Assembly (NCBI GenBank): GCA_018714725.1
Contig: DVMZ01000172.1
Span: forward strand, 1-49,904
Length of the DNA stretch: 49,904 nucleotides
Origin: Candidatus Scatosoma pullistercoris
Lineage (GTDB): Bacteria; Bacillota; Clostridia; Christensenellales; Borkfalkiaceae
Direction of reading: 5' to 3'
Of the stretch, positions 23,439-32,841 are shown one piece after another. Position 1 is the first letter of the stretch. Each line of letters starts with the position of its first letter. The position numbers and the translations under genes are program-made. The notes under the pieces are model-generated. The model made no database searches, was not told the DNA's origin, and was given only the letters and a program-made list of their open reading frames with translations.

Positions 23439-23555
23439 GGCAGAATGAAATTTTCCGGCTTACGACACCCCGAAAGCCGGGCGCAGAGGACCTTGAAACT
23501 TCCGGAATGGTTTCCCGTCCGCCGTGTTCCTCTCCCGGAAAGACGGGTTGTTTTT

Positions 23556-24518
23556 TCAGAGATATTGCGACACCGTGTACGACAGGCGGTCGATGACTTC
23601 TTCGGGATCGCCGAACAACATACAACCCGCCGCGCGGACATGGCCCCCGCCGCCGTAGACGCCGGCAATTTTGTTGACGTCCGCATAGGTTTTGGAGCGC
23701 AGAGAAATCTTATACTGTCCCTCTTTCACTTCCATGACGGAAGCGCTGACCTCCACCGTATCCACGGTGAGCGGGAAATCGACAAATCCTTCCGTCATGC
23801 CGTTGTCCGCGCCGAATTTTTTCATCGCGTCCAGCGTGATGAGAATCACCGCGAAACGGTCGCTGAGAAGATAGCGGATCCGGCTCATCGTATCCACATA
23901 AAAATCCGCGCGAGCCCGGGGCTGTTTCCGGAAAAGGTTATAGTTGAGCGCGGCGGGATCCGCCCCCGCTTTCACCAGTTTCGCCGCCGTCAGAAAAGTT
24001 TCTTCCGTCACGTCGTCGTGAGAAAAATTCCCCGAATCGGTCAAAAGGCCCAACAGGAGATACTCTGCCGTTTTTCGGTCAAGTGCGACACCCATGGCTT
24101 CGATGAGCAACGTCATATTCATACAATTCGCGGAACATTCCCGCACGAAATTGTACTTTGCGAAACGGGTGTTGGAGATGTGGTGATCGATGTTGATCGT
24201 ATCGTGTTTCTTCGCCGCGAGACGGAATTTGTCCGCAAGGGCGCCGAAACGCTGTTCGTCGCTCGAATCCACCGCGATATACAGTTCGCAATCGCCCGGC
24301 AATTCCTTCTGAACCCGGCCGATCCCTTCCAGGAAAGCAAGATTGGACGGAATCTCCGATTCGTCGCACACGCAATGCGGAATCCCGAGGGTTTCCAATG
24401 CCGACGACAGGGCCAGCGCACTGCCGAAAGCGTCGCCGTCCGGGCGCATATGCGTCAGAACGGCGACGCTTTTCGCCCCTTTGATGCGCGAAGCGATTTC
24501 TTCCAGCGTCGCGTTCAC
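23556..24518 (-). CDS. nrnA: DHH/DHHA1 phosphoesterase (NrnA-type oligoribonuclease / pAp phosphatase)
   Basis: GTG start (codon 29 of the track ORF) after GGAGGAGGAAAA, overlapping the rbfA stop (GTGA). Motifs THMRPDGDAFGS, INIDHHISN, GGGGHVRAAG. Confidence 0.88.
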   Translation of the reverse strand: MNATLEEIASRIKGAKSVAVLTHMRPDGDAFGSALALSSALETLGIPHCVCDESEIPSNLAFLEGIGRVQKELPGDCELYIAVDSSDEQRFGALADKFRLAAKKHDTINIDHHISNTRFAKYNFVRECSANCMNMTLLIEAMGVALDRKTAEYLLLGLLTDSGNFSHDDVTEETFLTAAKLVKAGADPAALNYNLFRKQPRARADFYVDTMSRIRYLLSDRFAVILITLDAMKKFGADNGMTEGFVDFPLTVDTVEVSASVMEVKEGQYKISLRSKTYADVNKIAGVYGGGGHVRAAGCMLFGDPEEVIDRLSYTVSQYL

Positions 24519-24892
24519 TTTTCCTCCTCCCCTTCTTCGGAAACGTGGATTTTTTTGAAAAGTTCGTCCATTTTCGCGCCGTAAGCCATGCTGCCGTCCC
24601 ACAGAAAAGTGAGCGCCGGCACCGTGCGCATGCGCATGACCTGCGACAGTTCATGCCGGATGAATCCGGCGTTTTCCGAAAGGATGTCGAAGGACTTCGC
24701 TTTTTCCGCGTCGTCCTTCGCGTAAATGCTGATATAGATCTTTGCCGTTTTGAGATCGGGCGCGACATCCGCTTCCGTCACGGAAATGATGCCTTTCAGC
24801 TCCGGTTCCTTATCTTTGAGCCGGGTACGGATGATTTCGCTGATCTCTTTCTGATATTCCCCGTTCAGACGGGAACTTCTCGAAACCTTCAT
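24515..24892 (-). CDS. rbfA: Ribosome-binding factor A
   Basis: ATG at codon 11 of the track ORF overlaps the infB stop (ATGA). [27 protein letters not shown]... is the RbfA pattern. Canonical position after infB. Confidence 0.9.
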   Translation of the reverse strand: MKVSRSSRLNGEYQKEISEIIRTRLKDKEPELKGIISVTEADVAPDLKTAKIYISIYAKDDAEKAKSFDILSENAGFIRHELSQVMRMRTVPALTFLWDGSMAYGAKMDELFKKIHVSEEGEEEK

Positions 24893-27657
24893 GCGGTTTT
24901 GATTTCCTCCGTCACATAGCATTCGATGATATCGCCGACGTGGATATCGTTGAAGCCCTCAATGGAACAGCCGCACTCATATCCCTTGGCGACCTCTTTC
25001 ACGTCGTCCTTGAAGCGTTTGAGCTGACGCACGCCGCCTTCGCAAATCATGATATCGTCGCGGTAAATTCTCAGCTTGCCGCCGCGGCGGATCGAGCCTT
25101 CCGTGACATAGCATCCCGCAACCGTTCCGACGCCCGTGATGTTGAACGTCTGGCGCACTTCGCATTTCCCCGTGAGCACTTCCCGCGTCTTAGGCGCAAG
25201 CATGCCTTTGAGCGCCGCTTCCATGTCGTCGATCAGTTCGTAGATGATTCTATAGCTCCGCACGTCCACTTTGCTCATTTCAGCCAGTTTCTTGGCCTTG
25301 GTGTCGGGACGGACGTTGAAGCCGATCACGATGGCATTCGCGCTGTCCGCCAGCATGATGTCGCTCTCGTTGATCGCGCCTGCCGCCGCGTGGATAACTT
25401 TCACGCGGACCTCTTCGCCCGAAAGTTTTTCAAGCGACTGTTTCACCGCTTCGACGCTGCCCTGCACGTCACCTTTCACGATCAGGTTGAGCGCTTTGAT
25501 CTTGCCCTCTTCCACCTGGGCGAATACGTCGTCCAACGTCACGCGCGCCTGTTCCTTGATCATGCTTTCGCGCTCTTTGTTCTTGCGCTCTTCCTGGACC
25601 TGCTTCATCAGCGCCTGATCGACGGCCATGATGCTGTCGCCAGCGTTGGGCACCTCTTCCAGTCCGAGTACGGACACCGCCATGGACGGCCCTGCCGACT
25701 TCACCGTCCGGCCCTTGTCGTCGAACATGGCGCGCACGCGGCCCATCGTCGTACCGGACAGGATATTGTCTCCCGTATGCAGCGTGCCGTTCTGAATGAT
25801 GACGCTGGCCACGGGGCCCTTGCCTTTGTCCAGTTTCGCTTCGATGATCGTGCCCTTTGCCTGCCGGTCGGGATTGGCTTTGAGTTCCAGCATTTCCGCC
25901 TGCAGACTGATGGCGTCGAGGAGTTCGTCGATTCCCTTGCCCGTCTTGGCCGAAACGGGAACAATCATCGTATCCCCGCCCCATTCTTCCGGAACGAGGT
26001 TTTGTTCGATGAGTCCCTGCTTCACGCGGTCGGGATTGACTTCGTTCTTATCCATTTTGTTCATCGCGACGATGATGGGCACGTTTGCCGCCTTGGCGTG
26101 ATTGATCGCCTCCACCGTCTGCGGCATGATGCCGTCGTCCGCCGCCACCACGAGCACGACGATATCCGTCACCTGTGCGCCGCGGGCACGCATCGCCGTA
26201 AACGCCGCATGGCCGGGCGTATCGATGAACGTGATCTGTTTGCCCTTCGCCGTCACCGTGTAGGCGCCGATGCTCTGCGTAATGCCGCCCGCTTCGCCCG
26301 CCGTGACGGACGTGGAGCGGATTTTGTCGAGCAACGAGGTCTTGCCGTGGTCGACGTGGCCCATCACCGTGACGACAGGCGCGCGGGGAACCAGATTCCC
26401 CTCGTTCTCTTCCGTCACGACGGTAGCCTGCAAAATTTCCTCCGCCGTCTTTTCCGGCTTGTATTCGAGGTCGATTCCCATATCCGCCGCCAACAGCGCC
26501 GCATTGTCGTAATCGATGGAATCGTTGATGCTCTTCATGATTCCTTCCTTGAACAGCCGTTTGGAAATCTCCACCGCCGAAATTCCCAGTTTTTCCGAAA
26601 GCACTTTCAGAGGAATTTCCTGCGTCGTGACCACCGCATGATCGATCTTGACGGCGGCAATCTCCTGTTTCTTCTGTTTCTTGGGAACGCGGAGCTTTCT
26701 GTACCCCGTCTTGTTCTCGTCGAAATCCTCCACCGTCATGCCCTGCTGTTTGATGAGGGTGCGCTTGGAAACGGGTTTCTTTTCGACATACGTCTTATCG
26801 AACGTCTTTTTCTTGGCCGGCGCGCTCTTCTCTTTGGGAAGCACGGGGGCCGGCGCGCTCATCCCGCGGGGACCTCCGGACGCCGGTCTGTTCTGGAATC
26901 CGCCGGCGGGCCGGGCAGAACCCGCGGGCCGGGGCGCCGGACGGGCCGGACGATCGGTGCGGGGACGATAGGAATTGCCCGCAGATCCCGCATTCACGTC
27001 CACCCCGGGTTTCGCGATATAAACGCCCTGTTCCTGTCCGTTGCGGAAATATCTCGGCGCGCGCGGCGCTGCCGGAGCCGCCGGGCGCACGGGTCTCCCT
27101 TCTGAAGAATGAGAAACGGAAGCGCCGGATGCGACGGGCGCCGCAGGGGCGGAAGCCGCCGCGGAAGGCGCGGGAGAAAGGGGTTTCTTCGCCGGTTCCT
27201 CCGCTTTCTTCGCTTCCGCCGGTCCGGCCGCCGGTTTTTGCTCGGGCGCCGCCGTTTCCGCGGCTTTTTCCGGAATCGGCTTGGGCTGCGGCGCCGGCGC
27301 TTCTTTTTCTTCTTTCGGCTCCGCGGGCGCTTTCGCCGCCGGTTTCGCGGCGGGCTTGGCGGGCTTCGGCTCTTCCGTCGCCGCTTTCGGCTGTTCTGCC
27401 TGCGGCTGCTCCGCTTCAGGCGTTTGGACAACGGGCGCTTTTTCGGGTTCGGAAACAGCCGACGCGGCTTCCGCCCTGGCCGCTTCTTCTCTCGCCAGAG
27501 CTTCTTTTTCCGCCTTGTCGGCTTCCAGCGCGGAGAGTTTTCTCAAAATCTCCGCGAGGCTCTTTTCTGTGGAAAAGATTCGCTTCTGCAGCTGCCCCAG
27601 CTGCTTATCGTCCAGCAATTCTTTCACTTTCTCCACATTTTCGTATTTTTTTGCCAT
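24889..27657 (-). CDS. infB: Translation initiation factor IF-2
   Basis: ATG at codon 21 of the track ORF (MAKKYENV...). Ala/Pro/Lys-rich low-complexity N-terminal third. GTPase motifs [25 protein letters not shown]. Confidence 0.95.
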   Translation of the reverse strand: MAKKYENVEKVKELLDDKQLGQLQKRIFSTEKSLAEILRKLSALEADKAEKEALAREEAARAEAASAVSEPEKAPVVQTPEAEQPQAEQPKAATEEPKPAKPAAKPAAKAPAEPKEEKEAPAPQPKPIPEKAAETAAPEQKPAAGPAEAKKAEEPAKKPLSPAPSAAASAPAAPVASGASVSHSSEGRPVRPAAPAAPRAPRYFRNGQEQGVYIAKPGVDVNAGSAGNSYRPRTDRPARPAPRPAGSARPAGGFQNRPASGGPRGMSAPAPVLPKEKSAPAKKKTFDKTYVEKKPVSKRTLIKQQGMTVEDFDENKTGYRKLRVPKKQKKQEIAAVKIDHAVVTTQEIPLKVLSEKLGISAVEISKRLFKEGIMKSINDSIDYDNAALLAADMGIDLEYKPEKTAEEILQATVVTEENEGNLVPRAPVVTVMGHVDHGKTSLLDKIRSTSVTAGEAGGITQSIGAYTVTAKGKQITFIDTPGHAAFTAMRARGAQVTDIVVLVVAADDGIMPQTVEAINHAKAANVPIIVAMNKMDKNEVNPDRVKQGLIEQNLVPEEWGGDTMIVPVSAKTGKGIDELLDAISLQAEMLELKANPDRQAKGTIIEAKLDKGKGPVASVIIQNGTLHTGDNILSGTTMGRVRAMFDDKGRTVKSAGPSMAVSVLGLEEVPNAGDSIMAVDQALMKQVQEERKNKERESMIKEQARVTLDDVFAQVEEGKIKALNLIVKGDVQGSVEAVKQSLEKLSGEEVRVKVIHAAAGAINESDIMLADSANAIVIGFNVRPDTKAKKLAEMSKVDVRSYRIIYELIDDMEAALKGMLAPKTREVLTGKCEVRQTFNITGVGTVAGCYVTEGSIRRGGKLRIYRDDIMICEGGVRQLKRFKDDVKEVAKGYECGCSIEGFNDIHVGDIIECYVTEEIKTA

Positions 27658-27661
27658 AAGT

Positions 27662-28018
27662 TCAGTTGTTTCCTCCCGAATATATTTTGTACTTATCGTC
27701 ACCCTCGGCAGCGGCAAGAATTGCCGAAGCGAGATGTTTTTCCCGCACTGCCGCCGCTTTCACCTGAGGCCGGTGCAAGAGCTCTCCCAGGGAGACGCCT
27801 TCCGTCCACAACAGCGGGCAGGTGAATTTTTCCCGCAGTTTCTCCAGCGCCTTTTTTGAATTTTCCGAAATCGTTCCGTCTGCGATCAGCAGATAGACCC
27901 CTTTTCTCAGTCCCTCCGCGCCGTCCACGCCGAACGTCAGCTTTCCCGCGCGGATACAGAACCCGAGATAGGTCGCGATCTTATCGTTTTCCAAAAAACT
28001 CCTCCTCGATCTGCGCAT
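27662..28018 (-). CDS. ylxQ: L7Ae-family RNA-binding protein YlxQ
   Basis: KIATYLGFCIRAGKLTFGVDGAEG...LLIADGTISENSKK pattern, between ylxR and infB. The start is ambiguous: ATG 28018 after GGGAGG, or TTG 27994 after GAGGAGGAG. Confidence 0.8.
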   Translation of the reverse strand: MRRSRRSFLENDKIATYLGFCIRAGKLTFGVDGAEGLRKGVYLLIADGTISENSKKALEKLREKFTCPLLWTEGVSLGELLHRPQVKAAAVREKHLASAILAAAEGDDKYKIYSGGNN

Positions 28019-28256
28019 AGACCTCCCGGGGTACCTCTGCGGAAAAAGTGCGGTTTAACAGCTTTTGCTTTCCCAGTTTCAGAACGCATTCCGGTTTATT
28101 GCAAAGATATGCCCCGCGCCCGGGCGCTTTTCCGGAAAAATCCAACCCTATCTTTCCCTCCGCGTCCTTCACCACGCGCAGCATTTCCTTTTTCGGAAGC
28201 ATCTCCCGACAGGCGATGCACATCCGCATGGGCACCGATTTCGTCTTTGCCATCAT
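27981..28256 (-). CDS. ylxR: YlxR/DUF448 RNA-binding protein
   Basis: 91 aa. The motif MRMCIACREMLPKKEMLRVV...PGRGAYLC is characteristic. ATGA overlap with the nusA stop. Confidence 0.9.
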   Translation of the reverse strand: MMAKTKSVPMRMCIACREMLPKKEMLRVVKDAEGKIGLDFSGKAPGRGAYLCNKPECVLKLGKQKLLNRTFSAEVPREVYAQIEEEFFGKR

Positions 28257-29467
28257 TCCCCTTCCTTATTTTCCTCCGCGGGCTCCGCAGCCGCTTCCCC
28301 GGCTCCGTTTTCCGTGCCGGCCGCTTCCGCCTCTCCGGACGCTTCCGCCGCAGACGCCTCTTCCGGAGCCGCTTGTTCGGCAATTTCTTCTTCCGCGGGC
28401 ATTTCCTCTTCCGTATGAAGATTCATCTTTTCAGCGGCGGAAACGCTCTTCACGTCGATCTTCCAGCCGGTCAGGCGCGCCGCAAGCCGTGCGTTCTGGC
28501 CGTCCCTGCCGATCGCCAGCGAAAGTTTGTCGTCGGGTACGACGGCCACCGCTCCCTTTTCGCTGATCTGCGTGACGGAAATCACCGTCGCGGGCGAAAG
28601 CGCCTTGGCGATGAATTCCAGAGGATTTTCGCTCCAGAAGATGATATCGATCTTTTCCCCGCCCAGCTCTTCGACGACCGCGTTCACGCGCGAACCGCGG
28701 TTGCCCACGCAGGCGCCGACCGCGTCCACGCGCGCGTCGGTGGAATGAATGGCGATCTTGGTACGATGTCCCGGTTCGCGGGAAATCCCCTTGATCTCCA
28801 CAATCCCCTGCGCCAGTTCGGGCACCTGTTCCTCGAACAGTTTTCTGACCAGCCCGGGCGCCGCGCGGGAAACGAGAATCTGCGAATTTTTGCCGCTGTT
28901 CTTGACCCGCTTGACGAACACTTTCAGTCTGTCGCCCACCGCATACCGCTCCGTGGGGGACTGATCCTGGGGCAGCATCACCCCTTCGATCTTCTTTTCG
29001 CCCAGTTCGACATAGACGTTTCTTTCGTCCGTCTTGCGCACGACGGCCTCCATCAGCTCGCCTTCCTTATCGGAAAACGCGGAGAAAGTGCTGTCGCGCT
29101 CCGCTTCGTGGAGTTTCTGCAAAATCACCTGTTTGGCGGTCTGCGCGGCAATGCGCCCGAAATCCTTGGGCACGAAAGTTTTGATGATTTCGTCCCCTTC
29201 GCGGTAAGCGGGATTGAGCTCCTGCGCTTCTTCGACGGAAATTTCCTTGTCTCGGTCCGTCACTTCCGCCACGACGCGGCGGGTGGCGCGGAACTCGATG
29301 GTGCCCGCTTCGGGATCGAGCTCGACGGAAATGTCCGCCCCGTTGTCATACTGCTTCTTATAAGCGGAAGCGAGCGCGTTTCTCAGCGTCTCGATAAACG
29401 ACTCCTGACTGATCCCCTTTTCCTTCACCAGATCGGCGAGCGCCGCAAAAAACTCCTTGTTGACCAT
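28253..29467 (-). CDS. nusA: Transcription termination/antitermination factor NusA with acidic C-terminal tail
   Basis: 404 aa. N-terminal domain, S1 and two KH regions are recognisable (…GDRLKVFVKRV…, …GACVGNRGSRVNAVVEELGGEKIDII…). Ends in a Glu/Ala-rich tail. Confidence 0.95.
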   Translation of the reverse strand: MVNKEFFAALADLVKEKGISQESFIETLRNALASAYKKQYDNGADISVELDPEAGTIEFRATRRVVAEVTDRDKEISVEEAQELNPAYREGDEIIKTFVPKDFGRIAAQTAKQVILQKLHEAERDSTFSAFSDKEGELMEAVVRKTDERNVYVELGEKKIEGVMLPQDQSPTERYAVGDRLKVFVKRVKNSGKNSQILVSRAAPGLVRKLFEEQVPELAQGIVEIKGISREPGHRTKIAIHSTDARVDAVGACVGNRGSRVNAVVEELGGEKIDIIFWSENPLEFIAKALSPATVISVTQISEKGAVAVVPDDKLSLAIGRDGQNARLAARLTGWKIDVKSVSAAEKMNLHTEEEMPAEEEIAEQAAPEEASAAEASGEAEAAGTENGAGEAAAEPAEENKEGE

Positions 29468-29559
29468 TGTATCGTTCTCCTTGATTTCTTAAACTTGCTT
29501 GTGTGTCCGGCCGGAATACTCCCAAAGGGATTTCCGTCCGGAAGCCCCGGGGTCCGGGG

Positions 29560-30024
29560 TCAGTCGTCCAGCTCGATCGCGCGGCAGATTTTGGCAATCC
29601 GGCTGAGTTCGAGGGAAATTTCCCCTTTCTCCGCTTCCAGGCGGACATTGTTCCCGTCAAATCCGGCCAGCACTCCTTCTAGGTACTTTTTGCCGCGCAG
29701 GGGCGCGAACAGCCGCACCTCCACTTTTTCGCCCAGACATCTGTCGAAATCCCGCTGTGTCTTCAGCGGCCGGTCCAGGCCGGGGCTGGATACATTCAGC
29801 GTATACGGTTCGCCGAAGGTCGGGTCCAGCGCGTCGAGCGCTTCATCGATCGCGCGGTGGTATTTTTCGCAGGTGTCGAGGTCCACGCCGTCCTCCGTAT
29901 CAATATAGGCGGTGAGCGACGGATTGTGTCCCTGTTTGAATTCCACATCCACCAGCTCGACGCCCATTCCGTCCGCCACCGACTGCAACAGCGCGCGGAT
30001 TTCCTCCATGGGTTTGATTTTCAT
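29560..30024 (-). CDS. rimP: Ribosome maturation factor RimP
   Basis: ATG at codon 18 of the track ORF. ...GVELVDVEF...SPGLDRPLK... is the RimP pattern. First gene of the nusA-infB operon. Confidence 0.9.
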   Translation of the reverse strand: MKIKPMEEIRALLQSVADGMGVELVDVEFKQGHNPSLTAYIDTEDGVDLDTCEKYHRAIDEALDALDPTFGEPYTLNVSSPGLDRPLKTQRDFDRCLGEKVEVRLFAPLRGKKYLEGVLAGFDGNNVRLEAEKGEISLELSRIAKICRAIELDD

Positions 30025-30049
30025 GCCCTGTTTCTCCCTCACATAGCAA

Positions 30050-30077
30050 TATTGAGAGTGGCAAGCCACTCTCAATA
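30050..30077 (-). promoter_or_regulatory. Strong hairpin in the rimP-nusA operon leader (candidate attenuator)
   Basis: 13-nt perfect inverted repeat TATTGAGAGTGGC (30050-30062) / GCCACTCTCAATA (30065-30077). It lies between the predicted promoter and the rimP ATG. On the minus strand it is followed by UUGCUAUGUG, an interrupted U-tract. Confidence 0.5.
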
Positions 30078-30104
30078 CTCAGTAACTGATTATTAAGTAT
30101 TTCA

Positions 30105-30133
30105 ATTATACCATTATCTTGCGCAAGATGCAA
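30105..30133 (-). promoter_or_regulatory. Predicted sigma-A promoter of the rimP-nusA-ylxR-ylxQ-infB-rbfA-nrnA operon
   Basis: Minus strand TTGCAT (30133-30128), 17-nt spacer, TGgTATAAT (-10 at 30110-30105, extended TG). Coordinates anchored codon by codon on track ORF 29900..30157. Confidence 0.6.
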
Positions 30134-30206
30134 CCGTTTTGCACGGGTTTTCCGCATTTTTTTGGATTTTTTCCCTTTTGCGGCCCGGCTTCCGGCCTGC
30201 GGCGGT

Positions 30207-31793
30207 TCAGGGCAGCGTTTTTCTCTGCCGGATCAGCTCGATGAAAATTTTCGCCGTCGTGAGCGCGTCGTCGAACGCGCGGTGATGGTTGAAGGTGAAC
30301 CCGTAATGATCCGCGATGGTATTCAGCTTGTAATTGGCAAGCCCCTCTCCCCTCAAAAGTTCCTGCGCGAGCGTCATCGTATCGAACTGCCGCTGATCGA
30401 ACATGTAACCGTTTTCCTCCCCGTAATAGCGGATGAAACGGTAATCGAACTGCACGTTGTGCCCCACGAGAAAACAGCCGTCGCAGAACTTATAGAAATC
30501 GGGAATCACCCGCGCGATGTCCGGCGCGCCGGCGAGATCCTCGTCCCTGATTCCCGTCAGCGCCACGATTTCGGGCGGCAGCCGGGTGGGGCAGGCGACA
30601 AAGGTGGAAAACTTTTCGGCAATTTCGCCGTGGGAGAGCTTCACCGCGCCGATTTCGATGATCCGGTCCATTTTCCCCATGGCCGGCTGATTGTTGAGAC
30701 CGGTGGTTTCCAGGTCGAACACCACGAAGGTATTGTCCTGCAGGGCGGCGGGTTTTTCGCAGACGTCGAACATTCCCGCCTGCGTGTAGTCCGCATACGC
30801 TTCGGGGAACACGGTGTGATAGGCGGCGGGAACGGGCTTTCCCTTCCGCGCCTCCGGGACAAAGTTTTCCGGCGGTCTGCCGAAATTGATGCGTTTCGCG
30901 GTGTAGGAAATGCTGCCGTTGTAAGCCTCGTTGGCGCCGGAAAGCACCACCCAGTCCCCCGCTTTCAGCGCCCGGACCTTTTCCACCGTCGCTTTCTTGG
31001 GGAAATACGTCGCGCGCAGACTGCCCGTCCCGTCCGAAACGGTGAGGGAAAAACGGGATTTGAGCACTTCCTCGCCCGTCTTTTCGTTTTTCCGCGTATA
31101 TTCCCGCTCCTGGATAAAAGAAATGGCGCCGCAGACGGTCAGATCGTCGCTCTCCCCGGAAACGTCCGCGATATACGTCGCGTATTTGGGCACCGTCTCC
31201 ACGCCGTCCAGGCGATGAAAATCCGTCACAGGGAAGACCCGGACGGTCTGGGCGTACTCCTCTTCTTCCTCCGGAATCTCCGCGTCGGGATCGAATTCTT
31301 CCTTCTCCCGTTCCACAATGCGCACGTTGCCGTAAAAACTGCCGCAATAAATGCCGGAAAGATAGGCGCTCACCTCGTCGAGAATCTTTCCCGACGTAAA
31401 CAGCGACTGATCGCCCGAGGCCACGTCGAAGCTGAAATTGGCGCCGCTGCCCTCCCGGAGCATGGCCACTTCGATGTCCTCTTCCCGGAGAAACGCGGAG
31501 GCCGCCGGGAAACGCGCCGCCATGAACGCTGCGATCTTCGCCCGGATCATTCCCTCATCGGGCACCCTTTTCTCAATGCGGATACGCGGGGAAAATGCAG
31601 AGGGCAGGTATTTGATCGCCGCGGCCTTTGCGCGCGCCGCGGCGTCGGGAGAATAGGTGTGGTCGGTCACCAGAAACAATTCCGCCGTCATCTCCCGGCG
31701 GTTTACGGTGATTCCCGCCAGAATCGCATTTTCCAATCCGGGCAGCGCGCGGATTTCATTCAGGTATTCTTCCGTCGTTTGCGTCTTTTCCAT
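30207..31793 (-). CDS. PolC-like N-terminal domain + OB fold + DEDDh 3'-5' exonuclease, without PHP or polymerase domains
   Basis: 528 aa. OB-like segment LTVCGAISFIQ...LRATYFPKKATVEKVRALKAGDWVVLSGANEAYNG parallels the PolC OB fold. Exo motifs FVVFDLETTGL (I), LVGHNVQFDYRF (II), HRAFDDALTTAKIF (III). The ORF ends ~20 aa after Exo III. Confidence 0.8.
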   Translation of the reverse strand: MEKTQTTEEYLNEIRALPGLENAILAGITVNRREMTAELFLVTDHTYSPDAAARAKAAAIKYLPSAFSPRIRIEKRVPDEGMIRAKIAAFMAARFPAASAFLREEDIEVAMLREGSGANFSFDVASGDQSLFTSGKILDEVSAYLSGIYCGSFYGNVRIVEREKEEFDPDAEIPEEEEEYAQTVRVFPVTDFHRLDGVETVPKYATYIADVSGESDDLTVCGAISFIQEREYTRKNEKTGEEVLKSRFSLTVSDGTGSLRATYFPKKATVEKVRALKAGDWVVLSGANEAYNGSISYTAKRINFGRPPENFVPEARKGKPVPAAYHTVFPEAYADYTQAGMFDVCEKPAALQDNTFVVFDLETTGLNNQPAMGKMDRIIEIGAVKLSHGEIAEKFSTFVACPTRLPPEIVALTGIRDEDLAGAPDIARVIPDFYKFCDGCFLVGHNVQFDYRFIRYYGEENGYMFDQRQFDTMTLAQELLRGEGLANYKLNTIADHYGFTFNHHRAFDDALTTAKIFIELIRQRKTLP

Positions 31794-32841
31794 CGTTCAA
31801 CAGTACTTTCAACTCCTTGAAAAATTCCTCACCCGCATTCTCCGCGTTCACCGTCTTAAAAGGCGCTCCCTTGCGGAACAACACACACTTTCCCCGGCCG
31901 CCGGCAATCCCGAGATCGGCGTCTTTCGCCTCCCCCGGCCCGTTCACGACGCAACCCATCACCGCCACTTTGGCACGCTTTTTATACGGGCGCACAAATT
32001 CCGTCACCCGCGCGGCCAGCTCCATGCTGTTCCATTCGCACCGGCCGCAGGTGGGGCAGGACACCACTTCCACATACTCCTTTTCCAGCCCGCAGGCGCG
32101 CAGGATATTCTGCGCCGCATACACCTCCCGCACGGGGTCGTCCGTCAGCGAAACCCGGATGGTGTCCCCGATTCCTCTGAGGAGCAGCGCGCCGATTCCC
32201 ACCGCGCTCTTGACGATGCCGGCTTCCGTCGTACCCGCTTCCGTCACCCCGACGTGCAGGGGGAAATCCGTGCGCGCGGACAACAGCGTGTACGCTTCCA
32301 CCGTCAGCGGGACGTCCGACGCCTTGACGGAAATCACGATGTCCTCCACCCCGTATTTTTCCAGAATCCCCACGTTATACAGGGCGCTTTCCACCAGCGC
32401 TTCGGCGCTCCTGCCGTACTTTTCGAGAAAATGCGGCTCGATACTGCCCGTATTGGCGCCCACGCGCACGGGGATGCGATGTGCGCGGATACAGTCCGCC
32501 ACATATCGGATTTCTTTTTCCCCGCCGATGTTTCCGGGATTGATACGCACTTTGTCGGCACCGTTTTCTATCGCGGCTACCGCGAGTTTCGGAGAAAAAT
32601 GAATGTCCGCCACAATCGGCACACCCGTTTTTCCGCGAAGAATCCCGATCGCCGCCGCGTCCGCCTCATCCGTCACCGCCACCCGCACGATTTCGCAGCC
32701 GGCGGCTTTCAGCGCGGCGATCTGCGCCGCCAATTTTTCGATATCCGAAGTTTTCGTCGTCGTCATCGACTGAATTTTCACCGGGCTTCCGCCCCCGATC
32801 AGAACGCCGCCGACGCTTACCTGCCTGGTCTGTTTACTCAT
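31756..32841 (-). CDS. ispG: 4-hydroxy-3-methylbut-2-enyl diphosphate synthase
   Basis: 361 aa. ...VKIQSMTTTKT...RVAV... and the C-terminal CPTCGRC 4Fe-4S cysteines are typical of IspG/GcpE. Confidence 0.93.
   Translation of the reverse strand: MSKQTRQVSVGGVLIGGGSPVKIQSMTTTKTSDIEKLAAQIAALKAAGCEIVRVAVTDEADAAAIGILRGKTGVPIVADIHFSPKLAVAAIENGADKVRINPGNIGGEKEIRYVADCIRAHRIPVRVGANTGSIEPHFLEKYGRSAEALVESALYNVGILEKYGVEDIVISVKASDVPLTVEAYTLLSARTDFPLHVGVTEAGTTEAGIVKSAVGIGALLLRGIGDTIRVSLTDDPVREVYAAQNILRACGLEKEYVEVVSCPTCGRCEWNSMELAARVTEFVRPYKKRAKVAVMGCVVNGPGEAKDADLGIAGGRGKCVLFRKGAPFKTVNAENAGEEFFKELKVLLNDGKDANDGRIPE

Noticed and set aside
27109-27859. Arg/Gly/Phe-rich ORFs (238, 176, 192 aa) and the minus-strand 145-aa Arg/Lys ORF at 26994..27431.
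   Set aside because: They are alternative or antisense frames of the Ala/Pro/Lys-rich low-complexity N-terminal region of IF-2. The repetitive composition keeps all frames open.
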